Below, piece by piece: positions 32,459 to 41,020 of a DNA stretch of 64,000 nucleotides. The stretch is from Pseudomonadota bacterium (GTDB lineage Bacteria > Pseudomonadota > Gammaproteobacteria > SURF-13). Every line of letters starts with the position of its first letter. The stretch's first letter is position 1. The notes beneath the pieces were generated by a model that worked only from the letters and a program-made list of their open reading frames with translations, was not told the origin of the DNA and searched no databases. Where the stretch lies: the NCBI GenBank assembly GCA_041695325.1, contig JBGFRC010000029.1, forward strand, positions 4,526 to 68,525. Reading direction: 5' to 3'. The translations under genes were made by a program, and so were the position numbers.

Positions 32459-33745
32459 GTGAATCTGAAGGACTTCCTCAAGGCCGGACATTGGCCGACG
32501 CTGCTGTCGGCCTTTTTATACTTCGACGTCAGTTTCATGGTCTGGGTCGTGCTGGGGCCGCTGGCGTTGTATTTGATGCAGGATTTGAACCTCAGCATCG
32601 AAGAAAAATTTAGTTTGGTGGCGATACCGATCCTGTCCGGCGCGCTGCTGCGCGTGCCCATGGGCATGTTCGCCGACCATATCGGACCCAAGCGCGCGGG
32701 GCAAGCAGGGCAGATCATCATCATCATCGCCTTGCTCTACGTCTGGCTGTTTGGTTTGCACTCCAAGACGGCGGTGCAACTCTTCGGCATGCTGCTGGGC
32801 TTTGCCGGAGCGAGCTTCGCGGTGGCCATCCCGCAGGCCAGCCGCTGGTATCCGCCGCATTATCAGGGCATCGTGCTCGGCATCGCCGGCGCGGGCAACG
32901 TCGGCGTGGTGTTCGATTCGCTGCTGGTGCCCTGGTTCGCCGAGACCTTCGGCTGGCAGAATGTATTCGGCTTTCTGCTGATCCCGGTGGTGGCGGTGTT
33001 TGTCCTGTACAGCCTCATGGCCAGGGACGCGCCGGACCAGCGCGCCCCCGTGACTTTGAAAAACTACGGCCTGGTGCTGAGCGACCCCGACACCTGGTGG
33101 TTCATGTTTTTCTACTCCATCACCTTCGGCGGGTTCGTCGGGCTGGGCAACGCGCTGCCGCTGTATTTTTCCACCTGGTATCACGCCTCCGGCATTGCGG
33201 CGGGCATGATGGCGGCCCTGGTGGTCGCCGCCGGTTCCATGTTCCGCCCCATCGGCGGCTGGCTCGCCGACCGCATCGGCGGCATCCGCGCCTTGCAGAT
33301 ATTATTCGTAGTGGTGGCGCTGAGCTATTTCAGCATCGCCTTGCTACCGGAAGGCCCGGCGCCGGAAGCGCTGGCGGCGAGCACCGCCAAGGTCGCAGGC
33401 TGGGGTTTGTCCGGCCTGCCGCCCGTCGCCTGGCTGGCGGTGACGCTTTTTTTCATCGGCGCGATGGCGCTCGGCATGGGCAACGGCTCGGTGTTTCAAC
33501 TGGTGCCGCTGCGCTTCCGGCGCGAGATGGGCATTATCACCGGCCTGGTCGGCGCCGCGGGCGGCATAGGCGGTTTTTTCCTCGCCAGGACGCTGGGCTG
33601 GTCCCAGGGCATGACGGCCGGCTTCGCCGCCGGATTCTGGCTGTTTGCGGGCCTGGCGCTGTTCGGACTGGTGGGCCTTGCTTTGGTCAAAACCCGTTGG
33701 CGCACCACGTGGGGATCATCCTCGGTGACGAGCGCCAAAGTATGA
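32459..33745 (+). CDS. NarK/NasA-family MFS nitrate/nitrite transporter
   Basis: GFAGASFAVA, GAGN, FGGFVG, GMGNGSVFQLVP nitrate-signature motifs; GTG start. Confidence 0.92.
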   Translation: MNLKDFLKAGHWPTLLSAFLYFDVSFMVWVVLGPLALYLMQDLNLSIEEKFSLVAIPILSGALLRVPMGMFADHIGPKRAGQAGQIIIIIALLYVWLFGLHSKTAVQLFGMLLGFAGASFAVAIPQASRWYPPHYQGIVLGIAGAGNVGVVFDSLLVPWFAETFGWQNVFGFLLIPVVAVFVLYSLMARDAPDQRAPVTLKNYGLVLSDPDTWWFMFFYSITFGGFVGLGNALPLYFSTWYHASGIAAGMMAALVVAAGSMFRPIGGWLADRIGGIRALQILFVVVALSYFSIALLPEGPAPEALAASTAKVAGWGLSGLPPVAWLAVTLFFIGAMALGMGNGSVFQLVPLRFRREMGIITGLVGAAGGIGGFFLARTLGWSQGMTAGFAAGFWLFAGLALFGLVGLALVKTRWRTTWGSSSVTSAKV

Positions 33746-33749
33746 ACGC

Positions 33750-35429
33750 ATGAACCTGGTTCTGGATGCCGGTTGTTCGTCGCAACAGGGAAAGCGCAAG
33801 GCCAACGAAGACAGTTGCCTTGTCATCACGCCGAGCACCAGTCAATATCTCGACTACGGCGCGCTGTTCGCCGTGGCCGACGGCGTGGGCGGCATGGCGG
33901 GAGGGAAAGAGGCCGCCGAGTGCGCGATCCGCACCTTGCGTGACGAATATTACGCCGCTCCCGACACCCTGACCCTGGAGCACGCGCTCAAGGACTGCTT
34001 CGATGCGGCCAACCGCGCCGTGCTGGCCGAGCCGCCCGCGGGCCGGGCCACCACGCTCTCCGCCCTGGTGCTGCGCAACCGGCGCTGGGGCGTCGCCCAC
34101 GTGGGCGACACGCGCGTCTGGCTGTACCGCAACCAACGGCTCACGCAGCTCACTGTAGACCACAGCCGCCCCTACGCCCACATCGGCTCCATGATTACGC
34201 GCGCCTGTGGACTGGACGTGCAGCTTCACGCCGACGTGCAAAGCGGGGAGCTGCGGGAAGGCGACGTGTTTCTCATTACCAGCGACGGCGTGCATGAAAC
34301 GCTGGATGTTCAGACAATGACCGAGGCGCTTGGCCGGGAAAATCACAGCGCGCAGGACATTGCCGAAACTCTGGTGCTGCAAGCGCTCAAGGCGGGCAGC
34401 ATGGATAACGTCAGCGCGTGCCTGGCTCGTGTGGAAAAGCTTCCGCCCGAGACAGCTTCCGACATCGGTCTCAGCATCACTGCGTTGCCCATCCGTCCGT
34501 TGCCGAAACCGGGCGACACGGTGGACGGCTTTGTCATCGGCGAGCGCCTGCACAGCGGCCGCCTCTCCACCTTGTATGCCGCGATGGACGGCGAAACCGG
34601 TCAGCGCGTGGCCGTGAAATTTCCCAATCCCCGTTATGCCGATGACGCCGCGTTCGTGGATTATTTTCTGCGCGAGGAATGGCTGGGCCGGCGCCTGGAC
34701 AGCCCGCACGTGGTAAAGACCATCATGCTTACCCCGGGACGGCGCAGCGCGCTCTACATGGTGATGGTGTTGCACCACGGCGAAACCCTGGCCGCGCGCA
34801 TCAAAAGAAAAAGCGGCCTGTCCGTGCACGAAACGCTGTCACTCGCCCGGCAGATACTTACCGGACTCGATCACCTGCATCGCAAGGGCGTGATCCACCG
34901 CGACGTGAAACCGGAAAATATTCTGATAGACACCGAACACCGGGTGTGCCTGCTCGATCTCGGCGTAAGCCGCGTCGAGCGCATGGACGCGGGCAGCAAG
35001 TCGCTCACGCCCGTCGGCACGCCGAGCTACATCGCGCCCGAGGTGATGGCGGGCGTGGAGGCCGATGAGCGCGCCGACGTCTATTCCGCGGCGGTGACGA
35101 TATACGAAATGCTCACCGGAAAATATCCCTACGGTGAAATCGAACCCTTCACCCATCCCGCCTACAGCCGCTTCATCTCGCCTGAGCGCTACAACCCTGA
35201 GGTGCCGCCGTGGCTGTCCGAAATACTGCGTAAGGCCTGCTCCCCCGACCCCAACCAGCGCTACCCTCATGCCGCCGATCTCGCCGCGGCGCTTGCCGCC
35301 CCTCCGCAAAATATCCTTCCGCAGCGCAAAGCGCCTTTGCTTGAGCGCATCCGCCCTGAGCACTGGAAAGCGTTGTTTATCGTCTCCCTGCTGCTGAATT
35401 TACTGCTGCTGTTTGTTGTGCTCAAATAG
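33750..35429 (+). CDS. Bifunctional PP2C phosphatase / Hanks-type Ser/Thr kinase with C-terminal TM anchor
   Basis: PP2C motifs NED, ADGVGG, HVGD, SDG, DN; kinase motifs VAVK, HRDVKPEN, DLG, APE. Confidence 0.92.
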   Translation: MNLVLDAGCSSQQGKRKANEDSCLVITPSTSQYLDYGALFAVADGVGGMAGGKEAAECAIRTLRDEYYAAPDTLTLEHALKDCFDAANRAVLAEPPAGRATTLSALVLRNRRWGVAHVGDTRVWLYRNQRLTQLTVDHSRPYAHIGSMITRACGLDVQLHADVQSGELREGDVFLITSDGVHETLDVQTMTEALGRENHSAQDIAETLVLQALKAGSMDNVSACLARVEKLPPETASDIGLSITALPIRPLPKPGDTVDGFVIGERLHSGRLSTLYAAMDGETGQRVAVKFPNPRYADDAAFVDYFLREEWLGRRLDSPHVVKTIMLTPGRRSALYMVMVLHHGETLAARIKRKSGLSVHETLSLARQILTGLDHLHRKGVIHRDVKPENILIDTEHRVCLLDLGVSRVERMDAGSKSLTPVGTPSYIAPEVMAGVEADERADVYSAAVTIYEMLTGKYPYGEIEPFTHPAYSRFISPERYNPEVPPWLSEILRKACSPDPNQRYPHAADLAAALAAPPQNILPQRKAPLLERIRPEHWKALFIVSLLLNLLLLFVVLK

Positions 35430-35548
35430 CGGCGACTCCTTTTCAGGTGCAGTAGACTGGATTTAAGGAACGAAATCCCGCAATAACCGTTGCGCCGATT
35501 TCGCCCTGATGACAGGATTACGTTACAATCCTCACAATCAGGCCAAAA

Positions 35549-38494
35549 ATGACAAAAGAATCGGACGCCAGGGAGAATATAGACCGCCTCCTGAGGCAGG
35601 CGGGATGGTCGGTGTGCGATGCCGCGCGAGCCAATATTCATGCCGCGTGCGGCGTGGCCATCCGAGAGTTTCCCCTCAAACCTGGCCATGGGTTCGCCGA
35701 TTATCTGCTCTATGTGAATGGCAAGGCGGCCGGAGTGATCGAAGCCAAGCCCGAGGGCGCCACGCTCACTGGCGTCGAAATCCAATCCGCCAAGTATTCC
35801 ACCGGACTGCCCGAAAACCTCCCCGCCTGGGGCTGGCCGTTGCCGTTTGCTTACCAATCCACCGGCGTCGAAACCCGCTTCACCAACGGCCTCGATCCCG
35901 CGCCACGCTCACATGCGGTTTTTGCTTTTCATAAGCCGGAGACTCTCGCAGAACTATTAAATGTAGCCTGGGTTGAGCGTAGCGAAACCCAGGGCAAAGT
36001 CGCGGAAGCGACACCGGCATACAATCTCCCTTTCCCGCAAGCGGGAGAGGGCTGGGGTGAGGGTGCTACCTTCCTCGCCCGCCTGCAACACCTGCCGGCA
36101 CTCAAGACCGAAGGCCTGTGGCCCGCCCAGATCAAAGCCATCCAGAACCTCGAACAATCACTCAAGGAAAACCGCCCGCGCGCCTTGATCCAGATGGCCA
36201 CGGGATCGGGCAAGACCTTCACGGCCATCAGTTTCATCTACCGGCTGCTCAAGTTCGCCGGTGCCCGGCGCATTCTGTTCCTGGTGGACCGCGGCAACCT
36301 CGGCGACCAGACGCTCAAGGAATTCCAGCAGTACACCTCGCCCTACAACAACTTCAAGTTCACCGAGGAGTACATCGTCCAGCGCCTGACGAGCAACACG
36401 CTCGACACCACCGCCCGCGTCTGCATCTCGACCATCCAGCGCATGTACTCGATGCTGAAGGGCCGGGAGCTGGCGGAAGACCTGGAAGAAGTGTCTATGG
36501 ATCAGCTCGGCAGCCTATTCGGAGGGAGCGGGCAACGCAGGGCGTCGCCAGACAAGGCGCGAGGCGAGCGAGCAGCGGAGTTGACAGCCAAGTCAATGAG
36601 CAGCGGAGCGACCCGAGCAACGCTGTATGGCGGCGACCTGCTAAGCCCGACCGAGTCTATCGAATACAATCCGGCAATCCCGATCGAGAGCTTCGATGTC
36701 ATCGTCACCGACGAATGCCACCGCTCGATCTACAACCTCTGGGCGCAGGTGCTGGAGTACTTCGACGCCTATCTGATCGGCCTCACCGCCACGCCCAGCA
36801 AGCAGACCTTCGGCTTCTTCCACCAGAACCTGGTGATGGAATACAACCACGAAATGGCCGTGGCCGACGGCGTCAACGTCAACTACGACGTCTACCGCAT
36901 CCGCACCGCCATCAGCGAGGCCGGCTCCAAGGTGGAGGCGGGCTACTACGTGGAGAAGCGCGAGCGCGAGACGCGCAAGACCCGCTGGGAGGAGCTGGAG
37001 GACGACTTCGCCTACGACCCGAGCCAGCTCGACCGCGAGGTGGTCACGCCGGACCAGATTCGCACCGTCGTCAAGACCTTCAAGGACAAGCTCTTCGGCG
37101 AAATCTTCCCCGGCCGCACCGAGGTGCCGAAGACCCTCGTCTTCGCCAAGGACGACAACCACGCCGAGAACATCGTCGAAATCCTGCGCGAGGAATTCGC
37201 CAAGGGCAACGAATTCGCCCAGAAGATCACCTACCGCACCACCGGCGACACGCCGCAGAACCTCATCAAGTCGTTTCGCAACAGCTACCACCCACGCATC
37301 GCAGTCACCGTGGACATGATCGCCACCGGCACCGACATCAAGCCGGTGGAAATCGTCATGTTCATGCGCGCGGTCAAGTCGCGCTCGTTCTTCGAGCAGA
37401 TGAAGGGCCGCGGCGTGCGCGTCATCAAGGACGACGACCTCAGGGCCGTTACCCCGGACGCCAAGGCCAAGGACCACTTCGTCATCGTGGACGCCGTCGG
37501 CGTCTGCGAGCAGGACAAGACCGATGCCCGGCCGATGGAGAAGAAGCCGAGCGTCTCGTTCGCCGACCTGCTCAAGGCCGTGAGCTTCGGCAACACCGAG
37601 GACGACGTGCTCACCTCCGTCGCCGGGCGCCTGGCGCGCATGGAGCACCGCCTGAGCTCCGAGGACGACAGGAAAATCCGTCAGGCGAGCGGGGGCCTGA
37701 GCCTGAAAGACCTGAGCCACCGGCTGGTCGAGGCGCTGAACCCGGACAGCGCCAGCCACACCGCGCGGCTCGACGCCGTCAAGCCCCTGCACGACCCGGC
37801 CCTGCGCAACCTGCTGGTCGAGATCAAGCAACGAAACGAGATCACCATAGACCACGTCAGCCAGGACAAGGTCATCGAGGCCGGCTTCAGCCAGGCGGCC
37901 CTCGACCGCGCCAAGGGGCTGGTGCAGTCGTTCGAGAAATTCATCCGGGACCACAAGGACGAAATCACCGCCCTGCAAGTGCTCTACGCCAAGCCATACA
38001 AACAGCGCCTGACCTTCGAGGCCGTGAAGGAACTCGCCGACGCCATCGAACGGCCGCCCAACCTCTGGAACGAATCGCAGCTCTGGAACGCCTACGCCGC
38101 GCTGGAAAAATCCAAAGTCAAAGGCGCCAGCGGCAAACGCATCCTCACCGATCTCGTCTCCCTCGTGCGCTTCGCCATCCACCAGGACAACGAACTCATC
38201 CCGTTCCCCGAGCGCGTCAACGCCAACTTCAAAGCCTGGCTCGCCACCCAACAACGGGGCCTCCCCTCTCCCACCAGTGGGAGAGGGGAAGGGGGAGAGG
38301 GCCGCTTCACCCCTGAACAAATGAAATGGCTCGAAATGATCCGCGACCACATCGCCGCCAACCTCAGCATCGCGCCGGACGATTTCGAGTACGCGCCGTT
38401 CTCGCAACATGGCGGACTCGGCAAAGTGCATCAGCTATTCGGTGATAAGCTGACTGCGATCATTGAAGAATTGAACGAGACCTTGGCAGCATGA
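35549..38494 (+). CDS. hsdR: Type I restriction endonuclease subunit R
   Basis: ADY...IEAK nuclease motif, MATGSGKT, DECH, LTATP, QMKGRG; clustered with hsdS and hsdM. Confidence 0.93.
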   Translation: MTKESDARENIDRLLRQAGWSVCDAARANIHAACGVAIREFPLKPGHGFADYLLYVNGKAAGVIEAKPEGATLTGVEIQSAKYSTGLPENLPAWGWPLPFAYQSTGVETRFTNGLDPAPRSHAVFAFHKPETLAELLNVAWVERSETQGKVAEATPAYNLPFPQAGEGWGEGATFLARLQHLPALKTEGLWPAQIKAIQNLEQSLKENRPRALIQMATGSGKTFTAISFIYRLLKFAGARRILFLVDRGNLGDQTLKEFQQYTSPYNNFKFTEEYIVQRLTSNTLDTTARVCISTIQRMYSMLKGRELAEDLEEVSMDQLGSLFGGSGQRRASPDKARGERAAELTAKSMSSGATRATLYGGDLLSPTESIEYNPAIPIESFDVIVTDECHRSIYNLWAQVLEYFDAYLIGLTATPSKQTFGFFHQNLVMEYNHEMAVADGVNVNYDVYRIRTAISEAGSKVEAGYYVEKRERETRKTRWEELEDDFAYDPSQLDREVVTPDQIRTVVKTFKDKLFGEIFPGRTEVPKTLVFAKDDNHAENIVEILREEFAKGNEFAQKITYRTTGDTPQNLIKSFRNSYHPRIAVTVDMIATGTDIKPVEIVMFMRAVKSRSFFEQMKGRGVRVIKDDDLRAVTPDAKAKDHFVIVDAVGVCEQDKTDARPMEKKPSVSFADLLKAVSFGNTEDDVLTSVAGRLARMEHRLSSEDDRKIRQASGGLSLKDLSHRLVEALNPDSASHTARLDAVKPLHDPALRNLLVEIKQRNEITIDHVSQDKVIEAGFSQAALDRAKGLVQSFEKFIRDHKDEITALQVLYAKPYKQRLTFEAVKELADAIERPPNLWNESQLWNAYAALEKSKVKGASGKRILTDLVSLVRFAIHQDNELIPFPERVNANFKAWLATQQRGLPSPTSGRGEGGEGRFTPEQMKWLEMIRDHIAANLSIAPDDFEYAPFSQHGGLGKVHQLFGDKLTAIIEELNETLAA
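35963..35993. repeat. GTAG-type REP palindrome, in frame inside hsdR
   Basis: GTAG-CCTGGGTT-GAGCGTAGCGA-AACCCAGG (8-bp perfect stem), encoding VAWVERSETQG. Confidence 0.75.
36026..36063. repeat. CCCTCTCCC-type palindromic element, in frame inside hsdR
   Basis: ctccctttcccgcaagcgggagagggctggggtgaggg encodes LPFPQAGEGWGEG. Confidence 0.78.
36519..36654. repeat. About 135-bp nested-hairpin element, in frame inside hsdR
   Basis: Nested IRs tcgg/ccga, gggc/gccc, gcagg/cctgc, gtcgcc/ggcgac, ttgac/gtcaa; core AGACAAGGCGC...GCAACGC shared with the element at 1109-1221; boundaries approximate. Confidence 0.7.
38261..38301. repeat. CCCTCTCCC-type palindromic element, in frame inside hsdR
   Basis: ctcccctctcccaccagtgggagaggggaagggggagaggg encodes LPSPTSGRGEGGEG. 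Confidence 0.8.
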
Positions 38495-39513
38495 TCCAGA
38501 GCAACCCCCAACCCGGCGGCGAAGTTCTCCTGTACCAGACCCAGGATGGTAAAACTCGACTGGAGGTTCAGTTTCAGGGTGAAACGGTCTGGCTGACCCA
38601 AAAACAGATGGCCGACCTGTTCCAGAAGGACGTACGCACCGTCAGCGAGCATATCCGCAATGTCTATGAGGAGGGCGAGCTGGCCCCGGATCCAACTCTC
38701 CGGAATTTCCGGATAGTTCAAACCGAAGGCAAACGGCAGGTGGAGCGCGACGTCGCCCACTACAATCTCGACGTCATCATTTCCGTGGGTTACCGCGTCA
38801 AGTCGCAACGCGGCACCCAATTCCGCATTTGGGCCACCCGCACGCTCCGGGACCATCTGGTCCAGGGCTACACCCTCAACGAACGCCGCCTGCGGGAAAA
38901 GGGCCTGGCCGAAATGGAGCAGGCCGTGCGCCTGCTGGCGCGCACGCTCTCCACCCACGAGCTGGTCAACGACCAGGGCCGGGCGGTGCTGGACGTGGTC
39001 ACGCGCTACGCCCGCTCCTGGCGCTTGCTGTTGCAGTACGACGAGAACCGCCTGCCCGAATCACCTGCGCATCCGACCCGTCCCGTCGCCGGCCTGTCAC
39101 CGGACATCAGCCGCCAAGCCATTTCGGGACTCAAGCAGGCCTTGATGGAGAAGGGCGAGGCCACGGCTCTCTTCGGGCAGGAACGCGGCGGCGCGCTCGA
39201 CGGCATTCTGGGTTCCATCGAACAGACCTTCGGCGGCGAAGCGCTCTACCCGAGTGTCGAAGCCCGCGCCGCGCATTTGCTCTACTTCGTCATCAAGGAT
39301 CACCCGTTCGCCGACGGCAACAAGCGCATCGGTAGCTTTCTGTTCCTGCTGTACCTAGACCGCAATGGCCTGCTGAATAAGCCCGACGGCACACCACGCT
39401 TCGCCGACAATGCCCTGGTCGCCGTCGCCCTGCTGGTCGCCGAAAGCGACCCCGCGCACAAAGAACTGCTGATCCGGTTGATCCTGAACCTGCTACAGGA
39501 TGGCGGTGAATGA
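38491..39513 (+). CDS. RhuM-family / Fic-Doc fusion protein
   Basis: ETVWLTQKQMADLF, YNLDVIISVGYRV.S..GTQFR.WA (RhuM-like); HPFADGNKR (Doc-type Fic motif). Confidence 0.88.
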   Translation: MIQSNPQPGGEVLLYQTQDGKTRLEVQFQGETVWLTQKQMADLFQKDVRTVSEHIRNVYEEGELAPDPTLRNFRIVQTEGKRQVERDVAHYNLDVIISVGYRVKSQRGTQFRIWATRTLRDHLVQGYTLNERRLREKGLAEMEQAVRLLARTLSTHELVNDQGRAVLDVVTRYARSWRLLLQYDENRLPESPAHPTRPVAGLSPDISRQAISGLKQALMEKGEATALFGQERGGALDGILGSIEQTFGGEALYPSVEARAAHLLYFVIKDHPFADGNKRIGSFLFLLYLDRNGLLNKPDGTPRFADNALVAVALLVAESDPAHKELLIRLILNLLQDGGE

Positions 39514-39515
39514 CC

Positions 39516-39584
39516 ATGTACCAGGATTCCGGAGACAAGCTGAACGCGATGATTGAAGAATTGAACGAGACGTTAGCGACATGA
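39516..39584 (+). other. Diverged duplicate of the hsdR 3' end forming a 22-codon mini-ORF
   Basis: MYQDSGDKLNAMIEELNETLAT* versus hsdR VHQLFGDKLTAIIEELNETLAA*; 45/54 nt identity between 39531-39584 and 38441-38494. Confidence 0.8.
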
Positions 39585-41020
39585 GCGCAACTCTTCCAAC
39601 AAATTGGGAATTCAAGCCGCTTCGTGAATTGCTTGTCTCCCTTGAATCAGGAAGCCGCCCGAAGGGCGGCGTGAAAGGCATTGAATCCGGGGTACCTAGC
39701 CTGGGTGGAGAACATCTCGATTCGAACGGCGGCTTCAAGTTCGAGAAGATTAAATTCGTACCCGAAATATTTGCGCAAAAGATGATGCGCGGAAGAATTC
39801 AGCGCGGAGACATCCTTGTCGTCAAGGACGGTGCAACCACTGGAAAGACTTCATTCGTCGGGTCGTCATTTCCCTACCAAGATGCCGTCATTAATGAGCA
39901 CGTCTTCTTGTGTCGATGCCGCGAGGGCATCGACCCAAAGTACGTTTTCTATTTTCTCTATTCTGCCGAAGGAAATCGTCAGATTCTCGAAGACTTTAGA
40001 GGTGCAGCCCAAGGAGGCATTAGCCAACGGTTCGCGGAAATCGTTAATGTGCCGCTCGCGCCCCTCAACCAGCAAAAACGCATCGTCGCGGAAATCGAAA
40101 AACAGTTCTCCCGCCTCGACGAAGCCGTCGCCAACCTCAAGCGCGTTAAGGCCAATCTCAAGCGCTACAAAGCAGCCGTCCTCAAAGCCGCCGTCGAAGG
40201 CCGCCTAGTCGAAACCGAAGCCGAACTCGCCCGCCGCGAGGGCCGCAGCTACGAAACCGGCGAACAACTCCTGCAACGCATCCTCGAAACCCGCCGCAGC
40301 CAGTGGAAAGGCAAGGGCAAATACAAAGAACCCGCCGCGCCCGACACCACCGACCTGCCCGAGTTACCGGAGGGATGGGTGTGGGCGACAGTTGAATCGT
40401 TGTCAGTGAAGGTCACCGACGGTGTTCACAAAAAGCCGAGCTACGTCGCCGAGGGTATTCCGTTTGTAACGGTGAAGAATTTGACGGCAGGAGATGGCAT
40501 TTCATTCGATGACCTCAACTACGTGACTCCAAAAGATCACGAGGAGTTCTGCAAACGAACCCATCCGGAGCGCGGTGACATCCTGATCACAAAGGATGGA
40601 ACCCTTGGCGTGGTGCGATTGATTGATACGGACCGACCATTCAGCGTGTTTGTGTCGGTGGCGCTCGTAAAGCCAGTTGTGTATGATTTTAGTCGGTACC
40701 TAGTGACAGCGTTTGAGTCGCCAGTCGTACAGCGGCAGATGGTTCCGAAAGGCTCAGGACTACAGCATATTCATCTTGAAGACCTACGCGCAGACTGCAT
40801 TCCTGTTCCACCACTCGCAGAACAAAATCGCATCGTCGTTGAAGTTGATCGACGATTCTCGATCATTCGCGAAGTCGAGACAGACGTTGACGCCAATCTC
40901 ATGCGTGCGCAGGTGCTACGCCAATCCGTCCTTTCCGGCGCCTTCAATAGGAAATTGCTAATGGCATCTAACAATACACCAGGCAACATGCACATGGAGG
41001 TAGCAGCCAATGCCATCTAA
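39581..41020 (+). CDS. hsdS: Type I R-M specificity subunit
   Basis: LP..W start, two TRDs each ending in P..PL..Q..IV, central PELPEGWVW spacer. Confidence 0.92.
   Translation: MSATLPTNWEFKPLRELLVSLESGSRPKGGVKGIESGVPSLGGEHLDSNGGFKFEKIKFVPEIFAQKMMRGRIQRGDILVVKDGATTGKTSFVGSSFPYQDAVINEHVFLCRCREGIDPKYVFYFLYSAEGNRQILEDFRGAAQGGISQRFAEIVNVPLAPLNQQKRIVAEIEKQFSRLDEAVANLKRVKANLKRYKAAVLKAAVEGRLVETEAELARREGRSYETGEQLLQRILETRRSQWKGKGKYKEPAAPDTTDLPELPEGWVWATVESLSVKVTDGVHKKPSYVAEGIPFVTVKNLTAGDGISFDDLNYVTPKDHEEFCKRTHPERGDILITKDGTLGVVRLIDTDRPFSVFVSVALVKPVVYDFSRYLVTAFESPVVQRQMVPKGSGLQHIHLEDLRADCIPVPPLAEQNRIVVEVDRRFSIIREVETDVDANLMRAQVLRQSVLSGAFNRKLLMASNNTPGNMHMEVAANAI

Noticed and set aside
35430-35548. att-site duplication of the tmRNA 3' end marking the island's far boundary
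   Set aside because: No TGGTGGAG-like copy visible here and no integrase in the window
36515-36660. CTAT...CTAT as a target-site duplication of the hsdR insert
   Set aside because: 138 bp plus a 4-bp duplication is 142 bp, which would shift the frame, yet hsdR is intact; boundaries left approximate
36118-38316. 732-aa alternative-frame ORF inside hsdR
   Set aside because: Arg/Pro/Gly-rich off-frame translation expected from high GC3; no domain motifs
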